Below the pieces are notes generated by a model, which was given only the letters and a program-made list of their open reading frames with translations, searched no databases and had not been told where the DNA came from. From Pseudomonadota bacterium (lineage in GTDB: Bacteria > Pseudomonadota > Alphaproteobacteria > Rhodobacterales > Rhodobacteraceae): a stretch of 64,000 nucleotides of DNA. The stretch covers positions 5,422 through 69,421 of the forward strand of contig JBCCYF010000004.1 of the NCBI GenBank assembly GCA_039190275.1. The letters run 5' to 3'. The position numbers and the translations under genes were made by a program. Shown here one piece after another: positions 36,469 through 45,667 of the stretch (position 1 is the stretch's first letter; each line of letters opens with the position of its first letter).

Positions 36469-37686
36469 CTATGCAGATTCCTGCAAGAACGCCACCACCG
36501 GTTGCCAGACCATATCCGGTGCCTGCCCACCGACGATCATCCCCACATGTCCCAGCGGGGGGCGGAGTGCGCGCGCGTACGGCATATCTGTGAGCAGACC
36601 GGAGGCCATGTCCGGTTGGGCGATCCTGTCGTTTTGGCCGCATACCACCAATGTCGGTACGGGGCTGGCCGATCTGGGCAGGGCGGGCCAAAGCCCCTCC
36701 ATTGGCGTGTTGTCCAGATGCCAGTCAATCAGAAGCGTCTCGGCGGCCCGGCCCGACATCGGGACGCCATCCGCCAGCCAGTCTTCAAGCGCGGTGAACA
36801 GCGTGGCGGCCTGGCTGTCCGGCGCGCGTGTTTGGAAGGCCTGGAATTTGCGGCTGACCTGAATTGGGTCGACGAGTGAGAACAGATGTTGGAACACCGC
36901 TGCAGGCACTGCGCCGAAGACCTGCGACAGACCGCGCAAAATCTGGCGCAGACGCAGTGCCCCATAGGCCCGGGCCACGCCGCGCAGCGCCTGTGCGGTT
37001 CCGGATCCGGCGGTAAAGTCCCAGGGCGCGCCGATGGTGACCAGCCTGCGCATGCCACCAAGCGTCAGCGCGTGCCCCGCGCACATCGTCCCGCCCATAC
37101 AGTACCCCAGCACCGCCGCCGGCTGCCCGCCCAATCCGTGGGCCAGGGCAAGCGCGTTGGACAACGGGCCGGACATGTAGTCATGCATGTCAAACCGCAG
37201 CTCCGCCGCGCCCGGTGTACCCCAGTCCAGAAGCAATGGTCGCAGGCCAGCCGACGCCATTGCGCGCAGGATCGAGTTTCCCTGCATAAGATCAAGCACA
37301 TAGGCCCGGTTGATCAGGGACGGGACCACCAGAACAATCGGTCCGGCCGGATCCGTCGCCTCGGGGCATTGACCGTAGTCCAGTACCCGCACCCCGCCCT
37401 GCTGCCAAAGCGTCGGCGGTTCGACGACGGTCCGGCGATAGGGGTGGCATTGCCAGGCTTCGATCCCGTCAGCAAGCGTGACCAAACGGCTGAGCGCTTC
37501 GGCGGCGACATCAAGCTGGTTGAGTGGCGGTCCGTCATACCTCTCGGCGCCGGGATGCCAGGGAAACGCCGGATCCGTGGCGAGCGGCGCTGCCAGGACT
37601 GCCTGGGTGTAGGCGCCAAGCGCCGTGGAGAGGTGAAGGATCAGCGGCATCGGATGACCGACACGATGTGGCGCGGGTCCGTTCAT
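36469..37686 (-). CDS. PHA synthase-like alpha/beta hydrolase (short PhaC-like)
   Basis: Start placed at ATG 37686 (405 aa); ATG 37650 is an alternative. The lipase-box-like GYCMGG with Cys nucleophile is the PhaC hallmark. Lies between phaA and phaR. Confidence 0.72.
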   Translation of the reverse strand: MNGPAPHRVGHPMPLILHLSTALGAYTQAVLAAPLATDPAFPWHPGAERYDGPPLNQLDVAAEALSRLVTLADGIEAWQCHPYRRTVVEPPTLWQQGGVRVLDYGQCPEATDPAGPIVLVVPSLINRAYVLDLMQGNSILRAMASAGLRPLLLDWGTPGAAELRFDMHDYMSGPLSNALALAHGLGGQPAAVLGYCMGGTMCAGHALTLGGMRRLVTIGAPWDFTAGSGTAQALRGVARAYGALRLRQILRGLSQVFGAVPAAVFQHLFSLVDPIQVSRKFQAFQTRAPDSQAATLFTALEDWLADGVPMSGRAAETLLIDWHLDNTPMEGLWPALPRSASPVPTLVVCGQNDRIAQPDMASGLLTDMPYARALRPPLGHVGMIVGGQAPDMVWQPVVAFLQESA

Positions 37687-37864
37687 CGAGTGGTGGTTGG
37701 GTGTCGTGCCGTCAGGCTCAGGTGCAGCTCCCACAAGGTCAGGTAGCGCGCCGCAGGCGACGGGGCGCGTGGCGGCTCGGGCTTTGGTGCCGGCGTTTTG
37801 GGATCTGGCGGTTCCATACAGCGGACCGTTTACCACGCAGACTCGCCCGGACGTGACGGAAAAA

Positions 37865-37875
37865 ATGCATTGCAG
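37865..37875. promoter_or_regulatory. candidate PhaR operator half-palindrome TGC-N3-GCA(G)
   Basis: ATGCATTGCAG lies about 50 nt upstream of the phaR ATG. It resembles the CTGC-N3-GCAG site reported for Rhodobacter PhaR (my recollection). Confidence 0.3.
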
Positions 37876-37923
37876 CCGTAAAACGGGCGGTGGTATGCGT
37901 GGATTAGGCAACAGGAGAAGCGG

Positions 37924-38523
37924 ATGGCCCGCACACGCCCCGATACAGGTGATGTGATCATCATCAAAAAATACGCCAACCGCCGGCTGTATAACACTCA
38001 AAAATCAGCATATGTCACTCTTGAAAATCTGGCTGAAATGGTTCGCGAGGGTACTGATTTCGTCGTGCGTGATGCCAAGTCCGCCGAGGATATCACCCGC
38101 TCGGTCCTGACGCAGATTATCTTCGAGGAAGAAGCGAAGGGCGAGACAATGCTGCCCGCAAACTTCCTCAGACAGTTGATCCGACTCTACGGCGATACAC
38201 TGCAGGGCGTTGTGCCCGGGTATCTGGAAGCGTCGATGGAGACCTTCCTGCGCAATCAGGAGAAGTTGCGCGAAAGTGTGCGCAGTGCCTTTGGGGCAAA
38301 TCCGGCGATGGCGAATTTTGAAGCGCTGACCCGCACCAACATGGAGATTTACGAGAACGCCATGCGGATGTTCAGCCCATTTGCCCAGCGGGGCGAGGCC
38401 GCAGCGGAGGCGGAGCAGGAGGCTGAGGCGAAAGCGCCGGCAAAGGACCTGGAGCTGGAAGAGTTAAAAGACCAACTGAAGTCAATGCAGGACCAATTGT
38501 CGAAACTGGTCAAGGACCCCTGA
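37924..38523 (+). CDS. phaR: polyhydroxyalkanoate synthesis repressor PhaR
   Basis: 199 aa. IIIKKYANRRLYNTQKSAYVTLENLAEMVREG is the canonical PhaR N-terminal DNA-binding region. Acidic coiled-coil tail. Confidence 0.93.
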   Translation: MARTRPDTGDVIIIKKYANRRLYNTQKSAYVTLENLAEMVREGTDFVVRDAKSAEDITRSVLTQIIFEEEAKGETMLPANFLRQLIRLYGDTLQGVVPGYLEASMETFLRNQEKLRESVRSAFGANPAMANFEALTRTNMEIYENAMRMFSPFAQRGEAAAEAEQEAEAKAPAKDLELEELKDQLKSMQDQLSKLVKDP

Positions 38524-38988
38524 CCCTGGACATACCTGTGCGTTTTGCGGGGCGCTGCTTAGCCAAGGTTCGGCGTGCGCGCGATGGGCTTATACCGAAA
38601 ATTTCGGGGACAGAAGCAGTTGGCCACATGGGGCCATGGCATTGCCGGATATCCCGAACGCGCACATATCCAGCGGGTTGACGAAAACACTTCAAGTGAC
38701 CGGCGTTGATGGCGACAGAAGTCAAAGGTTTCAACAGGTTTGGTGGTATCAGGCGTTTGTCGTTCTAGGCGATACGCCATCGATGCGCGAAGACCCAGTT
38801 GCCATGCGCAGCCGATTGGCTTTGCCCTATTGGGGCAACTCAGGTTTCCAGTGGCTGCCGCCGAAAAATCCCGAGTCCGTGCAATCCCATAGGGTTTTGA
38901 TGTTCTCCTGAATGATCAGGTGACGTAAAGCACGTGCACGCCTGAGCAATCGGGAGCGCTTTGTATTCCGATATAAAATCGAAACGCC

Positions 38989-39858
38989 CTAGCTCGTTCC
39001 GTTCTTGCGCCCGTCGGATGACGAGCGTGGCGGGGCCAGCGTTTCGGCCGGTCGCCCGAACAGAAACCCTTGCATCGCGTCGACCCCAAGTCGCATCGCG
39101 CATCCCGCGTCGGCCGGGTTGTCGATGTATTCTAGGACCGTAAGCATCTCAAAATGGTCGGCAATTTCCAGCAACACCTTGACCAGCACCTGTGCATCGA
39201 TGTCGCCATCCAAACCGTCACCAAAGCTTCCGTCGATCTTGACGATATCGAAGCGGTGGTTGCGGAAATGCGAGAAACCGGTTGCGCCTGCGCCGAAGTC
39301 ATCAAGCGCGACACTCACACCGCGCGCCCGAAGGTCCGCCAGAAATCTGGTGCAGTTCGGATGGTCCAAGGTTCCCGCATCCTCGGTCACTTCGACGATC
39401 AAGCGGAACGCCAGTTCCGGCTGGACGTCCACGAACTCGGCCAATGTGTCCATCCACAGATCGCTGTCCAGGCTGGCCGCCGCGATATTGACCGAGATCC
39501 GTGCCGACCGGGCATTCTGTAACTCTTCGAGTGCAAAGCGCAGTGCGGCACAGTCAAGTTCTGCCGCAAGTGAGGTTCCCGCGACCGCGGGCAGGAACTG
39601 ACCAGGTGACATGAGCTTCCCCGAGGTGGTCCGTAGCCGGATCAACGCTTCGTAGAAAGCCACATGGGTCACCCGTTTGGCATCTACCACCGGCTGATAC
39701 ACCACACAGACCCGGCCTTCGGCCAGGGCGCGGCCGACCATGGCGCGGGTTGTCAGCACCTGTGCCTGCTCGTGATCCTGCAAAGCGGGCGGCATATCGG
39801 CCAAGGGCTGTGGCTTTGATCCGTACATTGCATGCTCCATTCCAGGCGTTGATAACAC
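38989..39858 (-). CDS. stand-alone EAL domain protein (putative c-di-GMP phosphodiesterase)
   Basis: 289 aa. Motifs YQPVVD, EALIR, SVNI, EVTE, DDFGAG, KID and QGFLFGRP are present. The EGVE box reads EYID. Confidence 0.87.
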   Translation of the reverse strand: MLSTPGMEHAMYGSKPQPLADMPPALQDHEQAQVLTTRAMVGRALAEGRVCVVYQPVVDAKRVTHVAFYEALIRLRTTSGKLMSPGQFLPAVAGTSLAAELDCAALRFALEELQNARSARISVNIAAASLDSDLWMDTLAEFVDVQPELAFRLIVEVTEDAGTLDHPNCTRFLADLRARGVSVALDDFGAGATGFSHFRNHRFDIVKIDGSFGDGLDGDIDAQVLVKVLLEIADHFEMLTVLEYIDNPADAGCAMRLGVDAMQGFLFGRPAETLAPPRSSSDGRKNGTS

Positions 39859-39950
39859 AACGAAATCTGCGTTCCTTAGGTAAACAGTTGGTAAAAAAAC
39901 TCAGAATGTTCTAAAAATGTTCTCATTTACAGGATCTAGTGGAGGATACG

Positions 39951-40532
39951 ATGTCGGAGCGCTGTCCGTGGTGTGGAACTGAAGAGATTTATGTCAAATA
40001 CCACGACGAAGAGTGGGGTGTGCCCGAGCATGACAGCCGCGCTTTGTGGGAAAAACTGATTCTCGACGGCTTTCAGGCGGGCCTCTCCTGGATCACAATT
40101 CTGAAGAAGCGTGACGCGTTTCGATCCGCCTTTGACGGGTTCGATCCGGTTCGTATCGCAGAGTATGGACCAGATGACGAAAGCCGCCTGTTGGCCGACC
40201 CGGGGATCGTGCGTCATGGCGGGAAGATCCGGTCGTGCATCCGGTCCGCCCAGCTTTACCTGGAGGTCGAAGCGGGGCAGGGATTTGCAAGTTGGATGTG
40301 GCGCTATGTTGATGGTCAACCCCTGCAGTCCAATTTGCGTGACATGGCGGATGTGCCCGCGGCGACCGATCTGTCAAAACAAATCTCCAAAGACCTTAAG
40401 AAACAGGGGTTCACTTTCTGCGGTCCGACCATCGTCTACGCCTGGATGCAGGCCACCGGCATGGTCAATGACCATCTGGTGAGTTGTCCGCGACACGCGG
40501 AAATTGCGCAGATGCCGGGACCGGGCGGCTGA
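39951..40532 (+). CDS. tag: DNA-3-methyladenine glycosylase I
   Basis: ATG 39951 after GGAGGA. CPWCGTEEIYVKYHDEEWGVPEHDSRALWEKLILDGFQAGLSWITILKKR is canonical Tag. Confidence 0.92.
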   Translation: MSERCPWCGTEEIYVKYHDEEWGVPEHDSRALWEKLILDGFQAGLSWITILKKRDAFRSAFDGFDPVRIAEYGPDDESRLLADPGIVRHGGKIRSCIRSAQLYLEVEAGQGFASWMWRYVDGQPLQSNLRDMADVPAATDLSKQISKDLKKQGFTFCGPTIVYAWMQATGMVNDHLVSCPRHAEIAQMPGPGG

Positions 40533-40602
40533 TCTAGGTCAAAGCGGGGTCACATGCCTGCCTTTAGTGTCGCTGCAAAACGATAGGAAGCCGGAACAAG
40601 CC

Positions 40603-41037
40603 ATGTTCAAAACGATACTTGTGGCCCTTGATGGATCCAGGCCAGGCCAGGCTGCCCTTCGGCTGGCGCTGGACATGGGTAAGCGCTGCGATGCCGAGGT
40701 CAAGGCGCTGCACGTCCCGCATGTTGTGGGGGACGTGGTGATGGCCGGAACCATGCCGATCCACTATCCGGCGGCGCCATCCCTGATCGAGGAGGCTGTT
40801 TCGCATGTCCGCGCCAGCATGATCCCGATTGCCAGAGAATTGGGACTACAGGCACCTGAGCTGATTGTCCGTTCCGGGGATCCGACCCAGGAGGTTCTTC
40901 GCGCAATTGAGGAGGTAAACGCCGACTTGCTGGTCATGGGGCGTCGCGGGCTTGGCAATGTTTCCGGACTTCTACTGGGCAGCGTTACACAAAAAGTACA
41001 GGCGCGCGCCGCCTGTCCCGTGCTCACGGTGGTCTGA
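40603..41037 (+). CDS. universal stress protein
   Basis: Start at ATG 40603 gives MFKTILVALDGS. The C-terminal GRRGLGNVSGLLLGSVTQKVQARAACPVLTV is the UspA ATP-binding motif. Confidence 0.88.
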   Translation: MFKTILVALDGSRPGQAALRLALDMGKRCDAEVKALHVPHVVGDVVMAGTMPIHYPAAPSLIEEAVSHVRASMIPIARELGLQAPELIVRSGDPTQEVLRAIEEVNADLLVMGRRGLGNVSGLLLGSVTQKVQARAACPVLTVV

Positions 41038-41174
41038 CCGGGCTGCGCACGCAAGGCGACCGCGCCCATCACATCCATTGGACCCCAAAATCTGCCGGAC
41101 CTCCGACCGGGTCCGCCCTTGACCAGAACGTTGCGTCGGGCTACCCGGGCCGCTGGCACTTTTGGGGATCTGGA

Positions 41175-41492
41175 ATGTCACCTCTTCGCATTGTCTACCT
41201 GCTGTTGACAGTAGTCGGGTCGGTTTTGCCGATGTGGTACTTCGTTGGTTGGTTCAATGAAAACAGCTGGTCCCTTGGCGCGATGGTGGAGGCTTGGCAT
41301 GCGAACCTTGCGACCTCAGGCCTTGTCTATGACCTGACGATCGCGGCTGTCGCACTAACGGTGTTTATCATCGCCGAGGCGACGGTGCGGAGGGATTGGC
41401 TGAGCCTGATCGCGATCCCGGCGACGTTTTGTATCGGGGTTTCATGCGGATTACCCCTGTACTTACTGTTGCGTTCGCGCGAACTGAACTGA
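41175..41492 (+). CDS. DUF2834 family membrane protein
   Basis: 105 aa, 3-4 TM segments. The N-terminal LRIVYLLLTVVGSVLPMWYF pattern fits DUF2834. The stop overlaps the lysA ATG (TGATG). Confidence 0.65.
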   Translation: MSPLRIVYLLLTVVGSVLPMWYFVGWFNENSWSLGAMVEAWHANLATSGLVYDLTIAAVALTVFIIAEATVRRDWLSLIAIPATFCIGVSCGLPLYLLLRSRELN

Positions 41493-42760
41493 TGGATTAC
41501 TTTCTGTACAACAACGGCGTGCTGCACGCCGAGGATGTGCCGCTGCCCGACATCGCGGCCGCCGTCGGCACCCCTTTCTACGTCTACTCTACCCGAACAC
41601 TGACCCGGCACTACGGACTGTTCCAGGATGCTTTGGCGGGAATGCCGCATCTGATCTGCTATGCGATGAAGGCCAACTCCAACCTGGCTGTGGTCAAGAC
41701 GCTGGGCGCACTGGGGGCGGGTATGGATGTGGTGTCCGGGGGCGAATACAGACGCGCGCGCGCGGCCGGGGTCCCGGGTGAGCGCATTGTGTTCTCGGGC
41801 GTTGGAAAAACACCGGACGAGATACGCCTTGCGCTTGAGGGTGGCATTCGACAGTTCAACGTTGAAAGCGAGCCCGAGCTTCGGATGCTCGACCGCATTG
41901 CCGTTTCCATGAATACCAGAGCACCGATCACCGTGCGCGTGAACCCGGATGTGGATGCGAAAACACATGCCAAAATCTCGACCGGAATGTCTGAGAACAA
42001 GTTTGGCATTCCGATCTCGAAGGCGCGCGCTGTCTATGCCGAGGCTGCCCGCCTGCCGGGTGTGGAGGTCGTGGGTGTCGATGTGCATATCGGCAGCCAG
42101 CTCACCGACCTTGAGCCGTATCGTCACGCGTTCGAAAAAGTCGCGGAACTCACCCGCCAACTGCGCGCCGATGGACATGACATTCGGCGGATCGATCTGG
42201 GAGGGGGGCTGGGCATCCCCTACACCACCTCAAACGAGGCACCTCCGCTGCCCAGCGGGTACGGTGACGTAGTGCGCGAAACCGTTGGTGATCTGGGCGC
42301 TGAGATCGAAATCGAACCCGGGCGGCTGATTGCTGGAAATGCCGGTCTGCTGGTGTCGAAGGTGTTGTTCGTAAAAGAAGGGGAGGGGCGGGACTTTCTG
42401 ATCCTTGACGCGGCGATGAACGATCTGATCCGCCCGGCGATGTATGACAGTCACCATGACATTGTCCCGGTTATGGAACCGGCGCCGGGCGTGGCGCAGC
42501 GGGCCTATGACATTGTCGGCCCGGTTTGCGAGTCAGGCGATACATTTGCCAAGCAACGCCAGATGCCGCCAGTAGGCGAGGATGCGCTGGTCGCCTTCCG
42601 CTCGGCGGGTGCGTATGGCGCGGTGATGTCGTCCGAGTACAATTCCAGACCTCTGGTCCCCGAAGTGCTGGTCTCGGGCGATCAATTCGCCGTGGTTCGC
42701 GCGCGTCCAACATTTGACGAAATGCTCTCGCGCGATACCATACCTGAATGGCTGGAGTGA
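41492..42760 (+). CDS. lysA: diaminopimelate decarboxylase
   Basis: Start at ATG 41492 gives MDYFLYNNGVLHAEDVPLPDIAAAVGTPFYVYS. The PLP site YAMKANSN, DLGGGLGIPY and CESGD are present. 422 aa. Confidence 0.95.
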   Translation: MDYFLYNNGVLHAEDVPLPDIAAAVGTPFYVYSTRTLTRHYGLFQDALAGMPHLICYAMKANSNLAVVKTLGALGAGMDVVSGGEYRRARAAGVPGERIVFSGVGKTPDEIRLALEGGIRQFNVESEPELRMLDRIAVSMNTRAPITVRVNPDVDAKTHAKISTGMSENKFGIPISKARAVYAEAARLPGVEVVGVDVHIGSQLTDLEPYRHAFEKVAELTRQLRADGHDIRRIDLGGGLGIPYTTSNEAPPLPSGYGDVVRETVGDLGAEIEIEPGRLIAGNAGLLVSKVLFVKEGEGRDFLILDAAMNDLIRPAMYDSHHDIVPVMEPAPGVAQRAYDIVGPVCESGDTFAKQRQMPPVGEDALVAFRSAGAYGAVMSSEYNSRPLVPEVLVSGDQFAVVRARPTFDEMLSRDTIPEWLE

Positions 42761-42802
42761 CTCGCGGGGGCATCCCGCATATGCCATAGGCGGAGGCTGG
42801 GA

Positions 42803-45460
42803 ATGGCAGACATCACGCAGGCACTCACGGCGGCAAAGGCGCGGTTGGAACGCCAGATCACCCGTACCCGCTGGTCGATGATAATTGAATGCCTGGCACA
42901 GGCCTTTTGGCCGACATTGTCGGCGATCCTTCTGGGTGGTGCGCTCTGGGGCTTTGGCGTGCTTGGTGTTTTCCCGCCACAGGCGTCATTGGCGTTTCTT
43001 GGGTTGTTTGCCGTGGCAGTGATCGGGGCGCTTATGTGGGGCGCGCGAACGCTTGTCTGGCCCGGTCGCGATGATGCGGTGGCGCGTTTGGATAGTGCTC
43101 TGCCGGGCAGACCGATTGAGGCCCTGGGTGACCAGATCGCCATCGGACAGAACGATCCCGGCGCCCGGGCGCTGTGGGCGCGGCACCTTGAGCGGATGGC
43201 GGAGCGGGCAGCGGCGGCGCGCGCGGCGCGGCCAAATCTTCAACTTGCGCCACGTGACCCCTGGGGATTGCGCCTTATGGCGCTTGTTGCTGCGCTCGCG
43301 GCAATAGTTTTTGCCGGGCGTCCCGAGCCGATAGACCTTGCTCTGACCGGCACCCCGTCGGGGCCGCAAATCGCCTCCGGTCCCAGCTTCGAAGCCTGGG
43401 CAAACCCGCCCGCCTACACCGGGCGCCCCACGCTTTATCTGACACAGGACGTCGATCCCGAGCTGGATCTGCCGGTCGGGACCGAAGTTACGATCCGGGT
43501 CTACGGCAGCAATGCGGATCATTCCGTTGATGAAACCGTATCCGGTTCGGAAACGCAGCTGGAGAACGTGGCCGAGGGGATCGGCAGCGCCAGTTTCCGT
43601 GTCGAACAAGACGGCAGTTTTGCCCTTGCGCGTGGCGCCGAGCAACTGGCCCAATGGTCCGTAACAGTGATCCCCGATGCCTTGCCCAACATAGCGCTCG
43701 AGGGCGATGTCGAACGCTCGACATCCGGCGCTATGGAGCTGAGCTTTCGCGCAACCGATGATTATGGGGTGGTTCGCGCCGAGGCGACGATCGAGCTGGA
43801 TCTGGAGGCGGTCGACCGCAGCTTTGGGCTGGAGTCCGCGCCGGATCCGCGCGAGGCCATTGTTCTGGACCTGCCCATGCCCCTGTCCGGACAGCTTGAA
43901 GATGTGAGCGAAACTCTGGTCGAGGACCTGTCCAAACATCCCTGGGCGGGCCTGCCTGTCACAATCTCACTGCTGGTCGAGGATGCCGCGGCGCAGTTTG
44001 GTCGTTTCTCGCAAGGGGACGTCACCCTTCCCGGACGTCGGTTCTTTGACCCATTGGCGCGTGCGCTGGTCGAACAGCGGCGCGACCTCCTGTGGAACAT
44101 CGAAAACAGTGATCGCGTGGATCAGATGCTGCGGACCATCACCCATGCCCCGGAAGACATATTCACCAACCAGACCGCATACCTCATGACCCGGATGGCA
44201 CTGCGCCGACTGGGCTATGCACGTGAAGGCGGTCTGACCCAAGAAGAGCAGGAGGATATCGCCGAGTTGCTGTGGCAGGCTGCTCTGGTCGTCGAAGACG
44301 GTAGCCTATCGGATGCGCGCGAACGCCTGCGCCGCGCCCAGGATCGCCTGTCGGATGCGATCGAAAATGGGGCAACCGAAGAGGAAATCGCCGAGCTGAT
44401 GCAAGAGTTGCGCGAGGCCATGCAGGACTACATGCAACAACTCGCGCAGGAGGCTTTGGACAACCCCGACCAGCTGGCGCAGCAACCCCAGGGACAGCAG
44501 CAGGAACTGTCCCAGGACCAGTTGCAACAGATGTTGGATGAGATCCAGCGCCTTGCCGAAAATGGTCAGCAGGAAGAGGCGCAAGCACTGCTGGAGCAGC
44601 TGCGGGAAATGCTGGAGAATCTGCAAATGCAGGCCCAGCAGGGGGGACAAGGGCAACAGGGCGAAGGCCAGCAAATGATGCAGGAGTTGCAAGACACACT
44701 GCGCCAGCAACAGAACCTTGCGGACGAGAGTTTTCAGCAGCTGCAGCGGGACTTCAATCAGGGTCGGCAGCAGCCCGGACAGCAAGGTCAGCAGGGACAG
44801 CCTGGTCAACAGCCGGGACAGGGACAGCAGCCCGGTCAGGGGCAGCAGTTCGGGCAGGGACAGCAACCGGGACAGCAGGGACAACAAGGGCCCGGCGGGC
44901 AACGCCCGGGCAACCAGCTTGGCCAACCAGGCCAGAACCAGAATGGCCAGGGATTTCCCAGCGCGCGCGAACTTGCGCAGCGGCAGGAGTCTTTGCGGCA
45001 GATGTTGGATGATCTGCGGGGGCGGCTTCCAGGTCCGGGAACCGAGGGTGGCGCGGATGCCCGCCGACAGTTGGAGCGCGCCGAGCGTGAGATGGGCGAT
45101 GCGCGCGACAATCTGGATAGCGGTAACCTAAACGGCGCGCTTGACGATCAGGCAGATGCGATGGAAGCGCTGCGCGAGGGGATCCGGGGCCTCGGCGAAG
45201 AGTTGCAGCAACAAGCGCAACAGAACCAGGGTGACGCGGGAAGCCAGGAGGGCGACGGTCTGGCCCGCGACAATCGCGATCCGCTGGGACGCCCTGCAGG
45301 AACACGCGGGAACATACGGTCGAACGAGAACCTTCTACCGGGCGAGGATGCCATGCGTCGTGCCCAGGAACTGTTTGACGAGATCCGTCGACGCACCGGC
45401 GAGCAGAACCGTTCGGAGGATGAACTGGACTACCTCCGACGGTTGCTGGATCGGTTCTGA
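42803..45460 (+). CDS. TIGR02302-type (DUF4175) alphaproteobacterial membrane protein with Gln/Gly-rich low-complexity tail
   Basis: 885 aa. 2-3 N-terminal TM helices and a long extramembrane region ending in Q/G-rich low complexity. This matches the TIGR02302 family description as I recall it. Function unknown. Confidence 0.8.
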   Translation: MADITQALTAAKARLERQITRTRWSMIIECLAQAFWPTLSAILLGGALWGFGVLGVFPPQASLAFLGLFAVAVIGALMWGARTLVWPGRDDAVARLDSALPGRPIEALGDQIAIGQNDPGARALWARHLERMAERAAAARAARPNLQLAPRDPWGLRLMALVAALAAIVFAGRPEPIDLALTGTPSGPQIASGPSFEAWANPPAYTGRPTLYLTQDVDPELDLPVGTEVTIRVYGSNADHSVDETVSGSETQLENVAEGIGSASFRVEQDGSFALARGAEQLAQWSVTVIPDALPNIALEGDVERSTSGAMELSFRATDDYGVVRAEATIELDLEAVDRSFGLESAPDPREAIVLDLPMPLSGQLEDVSETLVEDLSKHPWAGLPVTISLLVEDAAAQFGRFSQGDVTLPGRRFFDPLARALVEQRRDLLWNIENSDRVDQMLRTITHAPEDIFTNQTAYLMTRMALRRLGYAREGGLTQEEQEDIAELLWQAALVVEDGSLSDARERLRRAQDRLSDAIENGATEEEIAELMQELREAMQDYMQQLAQEALDNPDQLAQQPQGQQQELSQDQLQQMLDEIQRLAENGQQEEAQALLEQLREMLENLQMQAQQGGQGQQGEGQQMMQELQDTLRQQQNLADESFQQLQRDFNQGRQQPGQQGQQGQPGQQPGQGQQPGQGQQFGQGQQPGQQGQQGPGGQRPGNQLGQPGQNQNGQGFPSARELAQRQESLRQMLDDLRGRLPGPGTEGGADARRQLERAEREMGDARDNLDSGNLNGALDDQADAMEALREGIRGLGEELQQQAQQNQGDAGSQEGDGLARDNRDPLGRPAGTRGNIRSNENLLPGEDAMRRAQELFDEIRRRTGEQNRSEDELDYLRRLLDRF
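44764..44945 (+). repeat. in-frame degenerate tandem repeat encoding (G-Q-G-Q-Q-P/F)n
   Basis: About four imperfect 18-nt units (ggacagggacagcagccc / ggtcaggggcagcagttc / gggcagggacagcaaccg / ggacagcagggacaacaa), flanked by further CAG/GGN-rich sequence. Confidence 0.7.
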
Positions 45461-45667
45461 GGCGGGGCGCCCTTCCGCTGGAGTTGTTCCACTAGCCCAT
45501 TGTGGCCAGTGACGCTGTGCGCCGTCATATCCACAAAGCCCGGTATGAAACCAAAATTCCAATGCGGTTTCGGATATCTGTCGACTTGCTGACACCCAAG
45601 TGGTGATCCGAAAGCGACCAGATAGCCGCGGATCAATGCTTAGCGGCAACGATGGTGGTATCAGCCC

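Noticed and set aside
36469-38001. Full 510-aa version of the PhaC-like ORF
   Set aside because: The first 105 or so residues (MSVIQPAVGVFFDDDHITCIGACAG...) look non-coding. They would run through the phaR promoter region and overlap the phaR start. The start was trimmed to ATG 37686.
44306-44926. 206-aa Leu-rich minus-strand ORF (LLSLLSRLLSLPELL...)
   Set aside because: It is the mirror image of the CAG/GGN-rich Gln/Gly repeat region of the 885-aa gene (CTG = Leu). It is an artefact of the repeat.
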